In this document: positions 44,560 to 54,551 of the stretch, in pieces | How the letters are laid out: every line of letters starts with the position of its first letter | Numbering within the stretch: the stretch's first letter is position 1 | DNA from: Tetramitus jugosus | Lineage: Eukaryota; Protista; Heterolobosea | Reading direction: 5' to 3' | Length of the DNA: 64,000 nucleotides | Assembly (NCBI GenBank): GCA_937625935.1 | Contig: OW569359.1 | Span: 310,001-374,000 of the forward strand | Notes under the pieces: generated by a model | What the model saw: the letters and a program-made list of their open reading frames with translations, nothing else | The model's database searches: none | Told to the model about the DNA's origin: nothing | Made by a program: the position numbers and the translations under genes

Positions 44560-44982
44560 TCTCTTGATAGCATTGTGGGGCACAGAGTCGAATGCTTTAG
44601 CAATCAGTTAGCAGTATGTAAAGATGTGAGTCGTTTCTGTTAGCGTGGTCGATAACTCCTTTCACTATTGACAGCTTCTAGTGAATGTCCCTGAACTTTC
44701 GACCACCTCCTTGAGTGTTCGTAAAAAGTGATGCAGCCTATTCTACTTTAGACACTCTCACATTCAACAATCTTGTAAACAACTTTGAGAGTGAGCTAAG
44801 AAGGCATATAGGCCTGTAGTTTTCCAGGTCCTGTGCACTTCCTTTCTTGTAAGCCGGAATGATATTCTTTCCTGGGAACACTCCGCTCACGAGTATATTA
44901 TTGAAAAGGAGCATAGCACTTCTGCAAATTCCATTGAAAATCTCTGTTCTCAGTGCTTGGCATCTTGATGTGCTCGCGTTTT
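44560..44982 (-). mobile_element. Internally deleted L1-like remnant retaining the 5' terminus
   Basis: IIPAYKKGSAQDLENYRPICLLSSLSKLFTRLLNVRVS; begins AAAAACGCGAGCACAT like the full-length copy; 5' junction about 43 nt before the tRNA-Trp stub. Confidence 0.8.
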
Positions 44983-45039
44983 TAAATAAACCGGGCGAGA
45001 ACGAATCCCTGATTTTCTGTGTACGGGGGGTTAGCTCAG
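44983..45039 (+). repeat. tRNA-Trp upstream flank + first 15 nt of the tRNA (stub 1)
   Basis: taaataaaccgggcgagaacgaatccctgattttctgtgtacGGGGGGTTAGCTCAG, nearly identical to 57072-57128. Confidence 0.92.
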
Positions 45040-48000
45040 GTTTATTACATCTCTCTTGGAGCATTGTACAAATGGTTGTTTGGTCAACGCGCTGGCGCGA
45101 ATTCAACCAACCTAACCGAGGGAATAAACTGTTGTTTTTTTTTTGGTGTTTGTCTTTTTTTGTTTTTTTTTTGTTAATGTAACATTTGAGACTCAATATA
45201 CTTGACAACATCAGCTCTTGTTCGATTCACAATCCATCCAGTTATTATTGTTGCTCCCATCTCGACTGATTCTACTGTGGTGTCATACAAAAGTAGACCC
45301 ACATTGTATGCATCTAGAGTGCAATGAGTGTGGAGACTACCTGAGATGTACCTTTCGAACCATGTACGAGGGCATTCAGCGGAGTAAAAAAACACCCGGT
45401 TGATACCAGGAACCGACAGAACAACTAAATGGGTGCGTTCCGGGAGGGGAAGAGTCAGGAATTACGCAGGAGGCCGGTGGACCCCAAACAACGCTCGTTA
45501 TTCAATGTGACTAGCCCCATAATAGAATTTTTTCTTTTTAAAGGGCAAATTTTATTATTTTACAATGGGAGGTCCACCCCCCTTCCGCCCGTTATTTAAA
45601 TGTTGTCTAACCCCAAAAAGTCCGTTATTAGTAATTCCTGACTCTTCCCGAGGGACACTTGTTGCACCATTGACAAAAAGAGAGAAGTATCTTGAGCGGA
45701 CTGGAAGCAATGCATTGGTGTCCAATTGCATCTTCAAACAACGTCCTACGCTTTCCAGGGCAACTTCACGACATATTGAATACTTCCCCGGCGATCAGTT
45801 CATGTCTGAGCCAACTGTGTATAAATCTCTCCCATTTACGACAGTTTCGCAATTCCATCACATCCAAATAAAGTTCCAATACTAACACCTTGCACCTTAG
45901 CTTCTTCAGTCTCTTATGAACATTTCTACTCTGTCCTATTTTTGAGCCGTTGCATTCATTTGATGAGAGCACCTATGTTCTTTAATTGTGGTGCACATTG
46001 ACTGTAATAAAACAGTGAATGTAATTAACATATGATTTAGCTCACCCTCAACACCCAAAGCATCCTTCAGGGTTTTGATATCGTTCACTGGTTTGGGCAA
46101 TTTAATTGTCTCTTTTCCATGACTAAAAATGGATTTAAGCCAAACAGAGTCAATTTCTGGAGGAAACAAAATGTTTTGGATTCTCTTGTCTTCCACGTCA
46201 CGTCCGAACCAATTTAGGGTAGCAATCGCCACTGCCTTATTGTTTATCATCAATATAACCTCATCTCCAGTCTCCAAGTGGTTTAAATAAATATGATTTG
46301 ATTTTTTTTCTTTATTGCTATTATTATTATTGTTATTATTATTGGTACCCGCTAGAGACATGTTTGCACCATCGGTAAGAGCGTGTTCAAGTCGCGACTT
46401 GCGTATCTTCATGGCGCTTGAAGTTTTGGAAAAAAATGGAATTGAAGTTACAAGCTTCATCGACATGAACGGTACTGGCGTCTCCAGAAGTACCACGAAT
46501 TCTGCAACCATATCAACCAATTGGTGGTCGGAAAATCACTCGGGAATGATGGAACATTTTTCCGAAAGTTTCTGCTTCAGTCTATGTTAAGTATTATCGA
46601 GAGAGATTGACGAATACCGAAGGGCTATTTGATGGAGTCATTGTTCAACAAGTAGTAAATTTGTGAACGATCAACTCTCTTTTTTGCACGTTTTGGAGTG
46701 ATGATTGGACTTCTAGAATCACAAATGTAATTACTGTTGTTAGTAAAAAAGTGTCGACATAAAGATCGTATAACTCTTGGTTCGTCATGGGTCGATCAAA
46801 GAGAAACTCGATTATGATGGTGGTGGTGAAAGTGGTGGTGGTGATGATAATCGAGTATTATTGTCACTGTTGGGATCTCGACTTTGTCTTGTTGTATGGC
46901 ATGGTATGGATTTGTAAATGGTGATGAGTGTGGTTGTTGTTGAAGAGGACAAGTTGTCGTTTGATATTATTTGATGTTTTTGTGTTTGTGTGAGTAAAGT
47001 GTTTGAGGAAAATGAAACATACCACAGCACCACACCAAATCGCCATAAATTTTCTTTTTTTCGGTTGTGTCAAAAAACAAAACAACCTCATTGAACAAAC
47101 AAAAGAAAAAAAATTTGTTATTATTGAGTTAACGTGGTAGTGTCTTGTTTTATTTTTTTGTTTTTATATCTTGTTGTTTGTGATGGATTGATGTCATGAT
47201 GGGTTGATGGGATCAACAGAAACAAAAAAACAAACAACAAGAAGTACTTCAACATGTCTAGCGGTCAGTGGCAGACTATAAGTTTTCATTTGCTGAGAGC
47301 ATTGAGTGCAAAGATGGTACAGAGTGCTTTGGGGAGCGTTGACGCCGGAGAGGTGAATGTGACGGTGAGAGAGTCTGAGAGTCATGGATCGAAGCACTTG
47401 TGTGGAGAAAAGATCTGGGGGGACAAGCGAAGAGCCACATAAAGGTACCGCTATAGATCAACCAATTAATGAAGAAAGGTCTGTGCTTACACAAAAAGGG
47501 AAGTGCGCATTGGTTCAACTGAACAGCGCAACACCTAGCACAAACCGTATCAAAGGAAATCAGTGTAGGGGGAAAAAGGGTCCAAAGGTGCTCTCCAAAC
47601 CATATTGGCAAGAACCTTCTGAGATTATCCAAGAGGGAATGACAATCAGGTTCTACAGCAATGAAGAAGAAGTACGCTCCAAGCTTCGTCATTTCATTTT
47701 GAATAAGATTAAGCCTGAGCACGGATGATAGAATCAAGGAGTATGTGGTCAGTGGTGTTCTAATTGAGATTCCAATGGAACAAGCATTGTTTATTGCTTC
47801 CATAGCAATGATTCCTCGTGAAGCAGATGCGACTCGCCCCAGAGAGATCTTGGACTTCACAAAACTGAACAAGTACATTCTTGATGCTGACTGTCGTTTG
47901 CCATCTAGGGGCGATCTGGTCTCGTTGGTGAACAATTACTCATTTGCGGCCTCTGTGGACATCAAGCCTTGCTACACCAACATCAAACTGCATCCAGACT

Positions 48001-48763
48001 ATCCAGCCTACTGTTGTATCAGCTGGAGAAAGAAGGTGTACAAGTTTACGAGTGTTCCCTTTGGAATCAAGTGCGCGCCGGCGTGTTGCCAAACTGTCAC
48101 ATCCTTTCTCTCAAAGGAATCCACTGTTGTTTATTTGGATGATTTCCTTCTGTTCAGCAATAGTGAAGAAGATTTAGCACAAAGGCTCCAAGACCAAGTA
48201 TTGACGCTTGAGAGAAATGGCTTGCCGATCAATGCTTCCAAGTCGGTGTTAGTACCACAACAAGAGATCACATTCTGTGGTTACTTGATGCGTTTTTGGA
48301 GAGAACAAGGGTGTCTTCACAACGGATAAGCACCTCAAAGACCTTTCGTTGTATGTCAAACTCTTGTCGACAAAGGAGAGTATTGACTTGATCACCTGGC
48401 GAAGTTTTGTTGGCAAATACAACTGGTGTCAGGAGGACGAGAGAGTCCATGCAAAGCTTGTTGCACTCATGAATGAGTGCGACAGCTCCACTAACCACAT
48501 TGTGCTCGATCATGTCGCCAGAGCCATGCTCGACAATATGGTCGCCCAATGTTCTCTTCCTTTTAACTATTGATTTTGTGTGGTAGGTGCTTGGTCAGTC
48601 AGGAACGAATTTGTCCTCGTCAATTCGGCTGCTCTAGACAGCTGTAAGTGACAAGGAAGTCAATGGGCCAATAGGGAGTGAGAACAAATTCGTTCTTGAG
48701 TGATGGAGCATCAACTGTTGCAAACAAAACAAAAAAAACAAAAAAAATTACGACTGTTTGTAA
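45040..48763 (+). mobile_element. Copy A of the DIRS-like RT / T5orf172 element (degenerate; right end displaced to 54493-54551 by L1 insertions)
   Basis: Colinear with 54552-57070; RT 47384-48573 with frameshifts; nuclease gene on minus strand broken by a MITE and small deletions; has ~1.07 kb (46021-47088) that copy B lacks. Confidence 0.88.
45447..45649. mobile_element. 203-bp MITE with 19-bp TIRs and 3-bp TSD (PIF/Harbinger-like)
   Basis: TIR GGGAAGAGTCAGGAATTAC / GTAATTCCTGACTCTTCCC, TSD GAG; empty site in copy B (ccgggagggacac at ~54954-54966). Confidence 0.92.
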
Positions 48764-49526
48764 TTTTTTTTTAATACAACAAATGGTGGAGTGGCAGGCC
48801 TACGCAACAGGATTCATTCTCTTCTTGGAATGTTGTTTTGATCCCTTCTTCAGGGATTCGTTGCGAGGGCCTCCACTACCATCTGGAGCACCACTGGTGA
48901 GGTCAGATGGCTCCGTAGTCCTAGCCAGTTGGTAGGACCTACGGAGAGCACCTGACTTGATACTGGCCAACCTGGCCGGGATCTTGTTGGCAGCAGTGTC
49001 ACCAACGGTGACACGTGCTGATCGCTTCTTGTGTTCGTTGAGTTGGGGACTCTGTAACTCACAGTCGGGGTTACTGAGATCCAACTCAACTGGATTTTCT
49101 TCGGTGGTTGTGCTTCTTGCACGGTCCATGATTGCTCGGGCAGCAATCTCTTTCTTGACTTTCTTGAACACCTCGGAGGTGTTCAATACTAGCTCGAGGA
49201 TTGCTCTGTTACGAGCATCCTCATCAATGGTGTTGTTGGTTGGCTCTTGGGTGACCGTAGTTGGAGTGGCGGGATGGGACTCCGGCATGATCGACTCCCA
49301 GTCATCGGTCGTAGACGGAGTCGAAGGTTCGAATTCAGAGATTCGCTCCGGCGTCCTTGGAGACGGGGATGCGAGGGGAATCCGGTTGACGGAAGCCATA
49401 TCTTTTAACACACTGACTTGGTGGCGCAGGTCGTCCACCACAGCCAGTAGCTCTTGGTACATCTTGGTCAGCCTCTTGCTGGCAGCCTTGACCGGATCAC
49501 GTGGGCGTGGAAGGCCTCTGCGTTTT
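48764..49526 (-). mobile_element. Short non-autonomous poly(A) retroelement with a 220-aa ORF (48800-49462)
   Basis: L1-type 5' end AAAACGC, 3' end GTTGTATT-(A)9, short TSD ttgtaa; ORF has a coiled-coil start and an S/T/P-rich body with no RT or APE motifs. Confidence 0.65.
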
Positions 49527-49638
49527 TTGTAAATAAACGGGGCTTTTTTTTTTTTTTTTTTTCCATACAACATTTGTTGCCACTTTATTCTATGCACTAC
49601 AGTGAGACGTGTTGTCGCTCAGAACCGCAGGTTCTGAG

Positions 49639-52600
49639 CTATTGTTCACCTCTCTTCGCTACTGAGTCTTTCCAGACTTTATATAACCGTTTGATGCAAG
49701 ACCTCTTCATTGCATTCACCAGCCTTTTAACCTTTGTTTTCCTCTTCTTGCGACCATACACAACCAGCTCCTTCATCAATACATCCTTCTGATCATCCTC
49801 TTTTCCCATTAACCCTGCTAGGATTTCTTCAGTGGTTCGACTTGGGCTTAGTGATACCAATTTCCCGTCATCGTAAACCACATCATCGAACCATATCTTT
49901 AGCTTGACTGGTCTCATAAACTCCAGCTTGTCCAATTTGGCTTTAAATTCCTCCACCAGTCCTTTCCTTACCCTTTTGGCTTCATCACATTCCACTAGTA
50001 AGTGGCTGATCGTCTCCGGCGCATTCGCACAGTGAGCACACACGACCTCCATCGACGGCTCATACAAGTCACGCAGCACAGTCTTTGTGTGGAGCGTACC
50101 ACTTCTAACTTGATGGTAAAACCACAATTCACTTCTTTCCAGGCCGAACGGACACTTTAGAAATTCATTCCACTCTTTTTCTTGTAGTTCAGCCTCCAAT
50201 CTCCATTCAGACTCTGATTCTATCGATTTTGTCCTCACCTGCACGAAGTGTTCCACGAGACCTTCTCTGACATTTGGGTTGCTCAATGCTTTGTCACCCA
50301 CCGACACTTCCAGAGTGTCATTCAGTGTTCGCTCCCTCCATCTCTTTTCATTACCCTTACCAAGAATTTCCAGGTAAGCCCTTATCCTTGAGTACCTTGC
50401 TGGGCCAATGCCCTTCAACTTGAACTTCATCTTTGCTTCCTCAAACGGGATAACCATTATCCCATCCTCATCGAAGAGTTGGGAGTTTTTGGAAATTCCA
50501 CTTTGAATGAGTAGTTTTGCGTCTCCCGTAGGGAGATGCCACCCAATACTGCATTTCTCACATTCATGATCTCCTTTGGGACCTACTTTAACCTTCGAGC
50601 CATGTAGAAGTTTGGCGCACCAAGACAGGTAAGAGTGTTTGGTCTCACGAAGACGATTGTTGGATTGAAATATGCTCGACCGAACGAGCGTTTGCGATTG
50701 CTTGACATCATCAAGCGTATCCAACAGAAGTGTCCGTGCTTCCGTGTCTCTCTTACCTTGCAGCATCTCCACGACAAAGGCAGAGATCTTAGCCGTCAGA
50801 CTCTCTTTGAATTCATTGAGTCCAATACCTCCTTTGTCCCTCTCCACTGACAGCAGCAAAGAGGGAAACCTTTTCATGGCACTCGATCCATGTTTCACTG
50901 CCTTGCGTCCAATACCCTCGATTTCGTTTAGCCATTTCTTTGGCCAATGGGTAAACTCTGAAGCAAACAAGAATACAGGATGGATACAGGTGTTCACTAT
51001 CCTCGCTGCCTGACTTGGTCCCAGTTTCAGCATCCTCAACCGATTCAGGATTCTCGATACCTTCTGCTTTGCTTGTTTCTTCTGGGCCTCTGTGTCCCCA
51101 TTGAGGTTTGTAAACAGCCCAAGTGCTCTAAAGCCCGTGTGTTTGTCCTTTGCAGTAATCACCTTATCAGCCACTCTGATCGTCACAGGAGCTTCACCCA
51201 CTTTTCTTGCAAAGAACTCCAGCTTGTCTGGGTGCATACTCAGACCAACCCACTTGAGCCCCCTGTACATATCATTAGCCGTCGACTGGATGTCCTGGAG
51301 ATCATCACTGAAAAGGTTACAGTCATCTACGTAAGCTACATTCCAGATTCTCTGGCTCATGGCTTGGTAGCCGCTTGCTCTTAGCTTTGCATACAGCAAC
51401 ACTAGCTGATGGACTATCACATAAGTCGTGGTGGACAATGAGTCCCCTTGCCTCGTGCCTCTGTTGATATCAATCGACCGGGATGTGTGTTGTGTACCGA
51501 CTGTTGCCACATTCGATTCCAACATGTTCCTGACGAGCGTGATGATACCCTCTGGGAAGTTGAAAAACCGGTAGGCAGCAGTGACGGCATTGTGTGGTAC
51601 ACTGTCGAATGCCTTCGAGATGTCGGTAAGCAGAAGATACAACTGCTTATCATTTCTATTTGCGTGATCGATCACTCCTCTAATGATGGACAGCTTTTCT
51701 CTGATGTCACGCATTTTACGACCCCCACCTTGTGTGTTGTTGAATACACACATTTTCTCAGCAGCAGCTGACACTCTTTGGTTAAGCAACCGAGTGAAAA
51801 CCTTTGATAGACCGCTGAGCAGGCATATAGGGCGAAAGTTCCCTATCATCATAGGGCAGCCCTTCTTGTACGCCGGAACTATAACACACCTCTTCCATTC
51901 ACACGGGAATTGCCCGGTCTCTAATATTCTATTGAAGAAAGTCATCAGCGCCTCTGCGAACTCAACTCTATAGTCTCTTTCCTTGGTGTGTCTCAATTTG
52001 AGCATTTCATTGAATATCTTGTCGACCCCCGGTGCCTTACCGTTTCGCAGCCACTTTAAGGATTGCAGCACCTCCTCCAACTTGAACGGGGGAAAAATAT
52101 CCTCCATACTCTCAGTTCTGCATCTCATCTCGTCTAGGAACGTCATGTCTGCAAATTCTTGTTCAAACACCTCCTCAAAGTAATCAGCAGCATGCTCAGC
52201 TACCTTTTCCGGGGCAGTGATCACCTTTTCTCCACTCTTGTAACTCTTGAATCTTAGCCTCAGTGCCTTCTTGCCTGTGGCAGCATTGAAGAAGAATCGG
52301 GGGTCCACGAATTCTGTGGTTCTGGCTTTGTACAACCACTTGGAAAACCTCTTGTTAGCCCTACGGGCTCTTTCAACTTGTACAAGCCCATCGACAATCT
52401 TCAGTGATGCCAAAATACCTCTCAGAGTACAGTCCTCCTTGTACGCCTTGCAAACCCTCATGAGTTTCGGTGAACCGGTGTCATGGGAAGACAGCCGCTC
52501 CACTAAAACCATTCTATCCTTCAGCCAAGGTTTTACTCTGCGGTTGTCAATTCCTCTCGCAATTGGTTTACACTTAGGAAACCTCTTTGCACTTTCCTTT

Positions 52601-53472
52601 AAGATCATAGTGATCCGGTCACATTGTTCATCAACATCCATTTCCGCCATGTTGATTTTATCTAGCTCCTCAACCACCTCTTTAGAGTACTCTATCCACA
52701 TCTTGCTGTCCCTCTTTGGGAACTTGGGCTTTTCTTCCGTGGGCCCTTGTGCCTCCACCTTTGTCCACCATACCTTTACCATCGTAGGTATGTGATCACT
52801 CCTTACCCCATTGGCTGTGTACTTTTCCACATCTCTAACAATGTCAGCGGCTGGTGAATTGCACCAGACTGAGTCGATGCGAGAAGAGAACTCGCCTCTA
52901 AAGAACGTGTGAAAATGGGGTGTGTCTGTAACCGTATTAACATCGCTCAATTGTAACCCTTCCACCATTGCCTTAAAATGGGCACTATTGTCATCTAACC
53001 TTCCAGAGGTCCGCTCAGTACTGTTTATCACTGTATTGTGATCCCCACCAAACAATAGTTTTCCCCTGCATGAGAGCACTCTCAATGCCTCATTGACCAT
53101 CACATAGTGATGTCCGCCTTCAGCTCTTTTGTGAGGTCCGTAATGATTGACCAGGGTGACTCGCAGGTCTCCGCTTGCCACCTCTACAGCCAACAATCTT
53201 TGGTTCGTCAACAGTGTTCTGTACTCTTGAATACTCTCTCTTCTTAATATCGTCATTATTCTGTCATCTGTGTTGGTGTGTATCAACATACACCCGGCAT
53301 ACTCCAGCTGCTTTTCAAAAGTCGCCTTGAACTTTTCGCTCTTGCAACTAGCCTCTTGCAGCATCAGAACATCAATCCTTGGGAGGATCGTCTCCATCAT
53401 GGCAACAACATCGTTTCGTTTCCCTCCTAACCCTCTGATGTTGTACCAAACGACATTGAGTGTCGTACTCAT
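49639..53472 (-). CDS. ORF2: APE endonuclease - reverse transcriptase - CCHC zinc finger
   Basis: WYNIRGL, LMLQE, NHYGP, GGDHN, SRIDSV, SDHIP (APE); KAPGVD, FRPICLL, DISKAFD, GTRQGDSLS, YVDD (RT); CAHC...HLLVEC. Confidence 0.96.
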   Translation of the reverse strand: MSTTLNVVWYNIRGLGGKRNDVVAMMETILPRIDVLMLQEASCKSEKFKATFEKQLEYAGCMLIHTNTDDRIMTILRRESIQEYRTLLTNQRLLAVEVASGDLRVTLVNHYGPHKRAEGGHHYVMVNEALRVLSCRGKLLFGGDHNTVINSTERTSGRLDDNSAHFKAMVEGLQLSDVNTVTDTPHFHTFFRGEFSSRIDSVWCNSPAADIVRDVEKYTANGVRSDHIPTMVKVWWTKVEAQGPTEEKPKFPKRDSKMWIEYSKEVVEELDKINMAEMDVDEQCDRITMILKESAKRFPKCKPIARGIDNRRVKPWLKDRMVLVERLSSHDTGSPKLMRVCKAYKEDCTLRGILASLKIVDGLVQVERARRANKRFSKWLYKARTTEFVDPRFFFNAATGKKALRLRFKSYKSGEKVITAPEKVAEHAADYFEEVFEQEFADMTFLDEMRCRTESMEDIFPPFKLEEVLQSLKWLRNGKAPGVDKIFNEMLKLRHTKERDYRVEFAEALMTFFNRILETGQFPCEWKRCVIVPAYKKGCPMMIGNFRPICLLSGLSKVFTRLLNQRVSAAAEKMCVFNNTQGGGRKMRDIREKLSIIRGVIDHANRNDKQLYLLLTDISKAFDSVPHNAVTAAYRFFNFPEGIITLVRNMLESNVATVGTQHTSRSIDINRGTRQGDSLSTTTYVIVHQLVLLYAKLRASGYQAMSQRIWNVAYVDDCNLFSDDLQDIQSTANDMYRGLKWVGLSMHPDKLEFFARKVGEAPVTIRVADKVITAKDKHTGFRALGLFTNLNGDTEAQKKQAKQKVSRILNRLRMLKLGPSQAARIVNTCIHPVFLFASEFTHWPKKWLNEIEGIGRKAVKHGSSAMKRFPSLLLSVERDKGGIGLNEFKESLTAKISAFVVEMLQGKRDTEARTLLLDTLDDVKQSQTLVRSSIFQSNNRLRETKHSYLSWCAKLLHGSKVKVGPKGDHECEKCSIGWHLPTGDAKLLIQSGISKNSQLFDEDGIMVIPFEEAKMKFKLKGIGPARYSRIRAYLEILGKGNEKRWRERTLNDTLEVSVGDKALSNPNVREGLVEHFVQVRTKSIESESEWRLEAELQEKEWNEFLKCPFGLERSELWFYHQVRSGTLHTKTVLRDLYEPSMEVVCAHCANAPETISHLLVECDEAKRVRKGLVEEFKAKLDKLEFMRPVKLKIWFDDVVYDDGKLVSLSPSRTTEEILAGLMGKEDDQKDVLMKELVVYGRKKRKTKVKRLVNAMKRSCIKRLYKVWKDSVAKRGEQ

Positions 53473-54479
53473 AGCTCACTATGTCCGTGCTCTTGTGGTG
53501 GAACCACACTCTCTTGAGTACTGTTCACTCGAATAGTTCCATTAGGGGAATTAGTCATAATTATCTTCCTTTGTACCTCTTCATCGTCGACTTCCCTAGC
53601 ATCTCGCTTCTTTCCTCTGTTGTTTACAAAATCATCCATTCTCCTCTGACCTTTATCAATCATTAGTTTCCCTCTGTTTTTTATCTGGGCTACTGGTGTG
53701 CTCACCGGATCATCCTCCATCGTTTGCACTGCATTTTGTGGTTCCTCCAGTGTGTCCCTAGGTGTAGTTACTTTCTCTTGTATGGTGCTTTTGTTCGCTC
53801 CATCCAGCTTACTCACCCGAAGTCTCATCTTCATCATTTCCGACTTAAGAAATCGAATTTCTTCCACACTCCTCCTGTAATCATCTAGCATCTTGTTCAT
53901 GTCTCTTTGAAGCTGAGCTACACTTCTCTTCAATAAATCCATTGGTTCGAGTGTTTTGTGAACAAATTTCCTAGTCTTGGTGTTGCCCATGGGTGGCTTT
54001 TCGAGAAGTGCATTCACATAACTAGGGCCTTTGGTGGATACAATGGCTGAGTTCCCTCTTAATTCCACTCTTTGCACGTTATCCCGACCAGCCCAAGTTT
54101 CAATATCTTCCTTGATGATCTTCCCAGCTCCGGAAATTACTACGTCATGTGTCGCTCTCATTCTTCCATTGACACTTGCAGTGGAATCCTTCAACACTTT
54201 TGTGCAGTTGAACCACTGAATGAATTCCCAAACTTTGTCATCTCTGACAATTATCCACGCCTTGTAGCTTTCACCTCTCCTAACTACTTGTACCCTCTCT
54301 ACCCACTCCGAGCAGCCTGCAACTAGTTTGTTTGCTATTGCTTCTGGAGTTACATTGCTGCACCTCCCAGTGACGACTACTTCATCTCTCTTCGTAGCTG
54401 CTTCTTTGCTCATCTTTGTCCATACAACATATTGACTTCTGCGGATCATTACCGCCTGTACTGACGGTCCTTGTGACAT
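53469..54479 (-). CDS. ORF1: putative RNA-binding protein (two RRM-like folds + coiled coil)
   Basis: Directly upstream of ORF2 with an ATGA stop/start overlap; beta-alpha patterns EVVVTG...VERVQVV...KAWIIV and DVVISG...VQRVELRGNSAIVS; heptads LLKRSVAQLQRDMNKML. Confidence 0.75.
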   Translation of the reverse strand: MSQGPSVQAVMIRRSQYVVWTKMSKEAATKRDEVVVTGRCSNVTPEAIANKLVAGCSEWVERVQVVRRGESYKAWIIVRDDKVWEFIQWFNCTKVLKDSTASVNGRMRATHDVVISGAGKIIKEDIETWAGRDNVQRVELRGNSAIVSTKGPSYVNALLEKPPMGNTKTRKFVHKTLEPMDLLKRSVAQLQRDMNKMLDDYRRSVEEIRFLKSEMMKMRLRVSKLDGANKSTIQEKVTTPRDTLEEPQNAVQTMEDDPVSTPVAQIKNRGKLMIDKGQRRMDDFVNNRGKKRDAREVDDEEVQRKIIMTNSPNGTIRVNSTQESVVPPQEHGHSEL

Positions 54480-54492
54480 GTGTTCGCGTTTT

Positions 54493-54551
54493 TTGTAAAT
54501 AAACGGGGCGAGAACGAACCCCTACCTTTCTGTGTCCGGGGGGTTAGCTCA
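54493..54551 (+). repeat. tRNA-Trp upstream flank + first 14 nt of the tRNA (stub 2)
   Basis: ttgtaaataaacggggcgagaacgaacccctacctttctgtgtccGGGGGGTTAGCTCA. Confidence 0.92.

Larger units (their letters stand above)
49544..54492 (-). mobile_element. Full-length, intact L1-like non-LTR retrotransposon (subfamily 1)
   Basis: ORF1 + ORF2, poly(A) at 49544-49562, TSD ttgtaaataaacggggc at 49527-49543 and 54493-54509. Confidence 0.95.

Noticed and set aside
49520-49543. 24-bp TSD for the full-length L1
   Set aside because: The extra gcgtttt is the AAAACGC 5' end shared by two adjacent elements; the empty site at 57061-57086 supports about 17 bp.
49463-49597. N-terminal part of ORF 48800-49597
   Set aside because: It reads through the neighbouring L1 3' UTR, poly(A) and TSD, so it is a chance fusion.
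44983-54551. tRNA-Trp stubs as tRNA genes or tRNA-derived SINE heads
   Set aside because: Only 14-15 nt of tRNA with no B box, and they include upstream flank, which SINEs do not carry.
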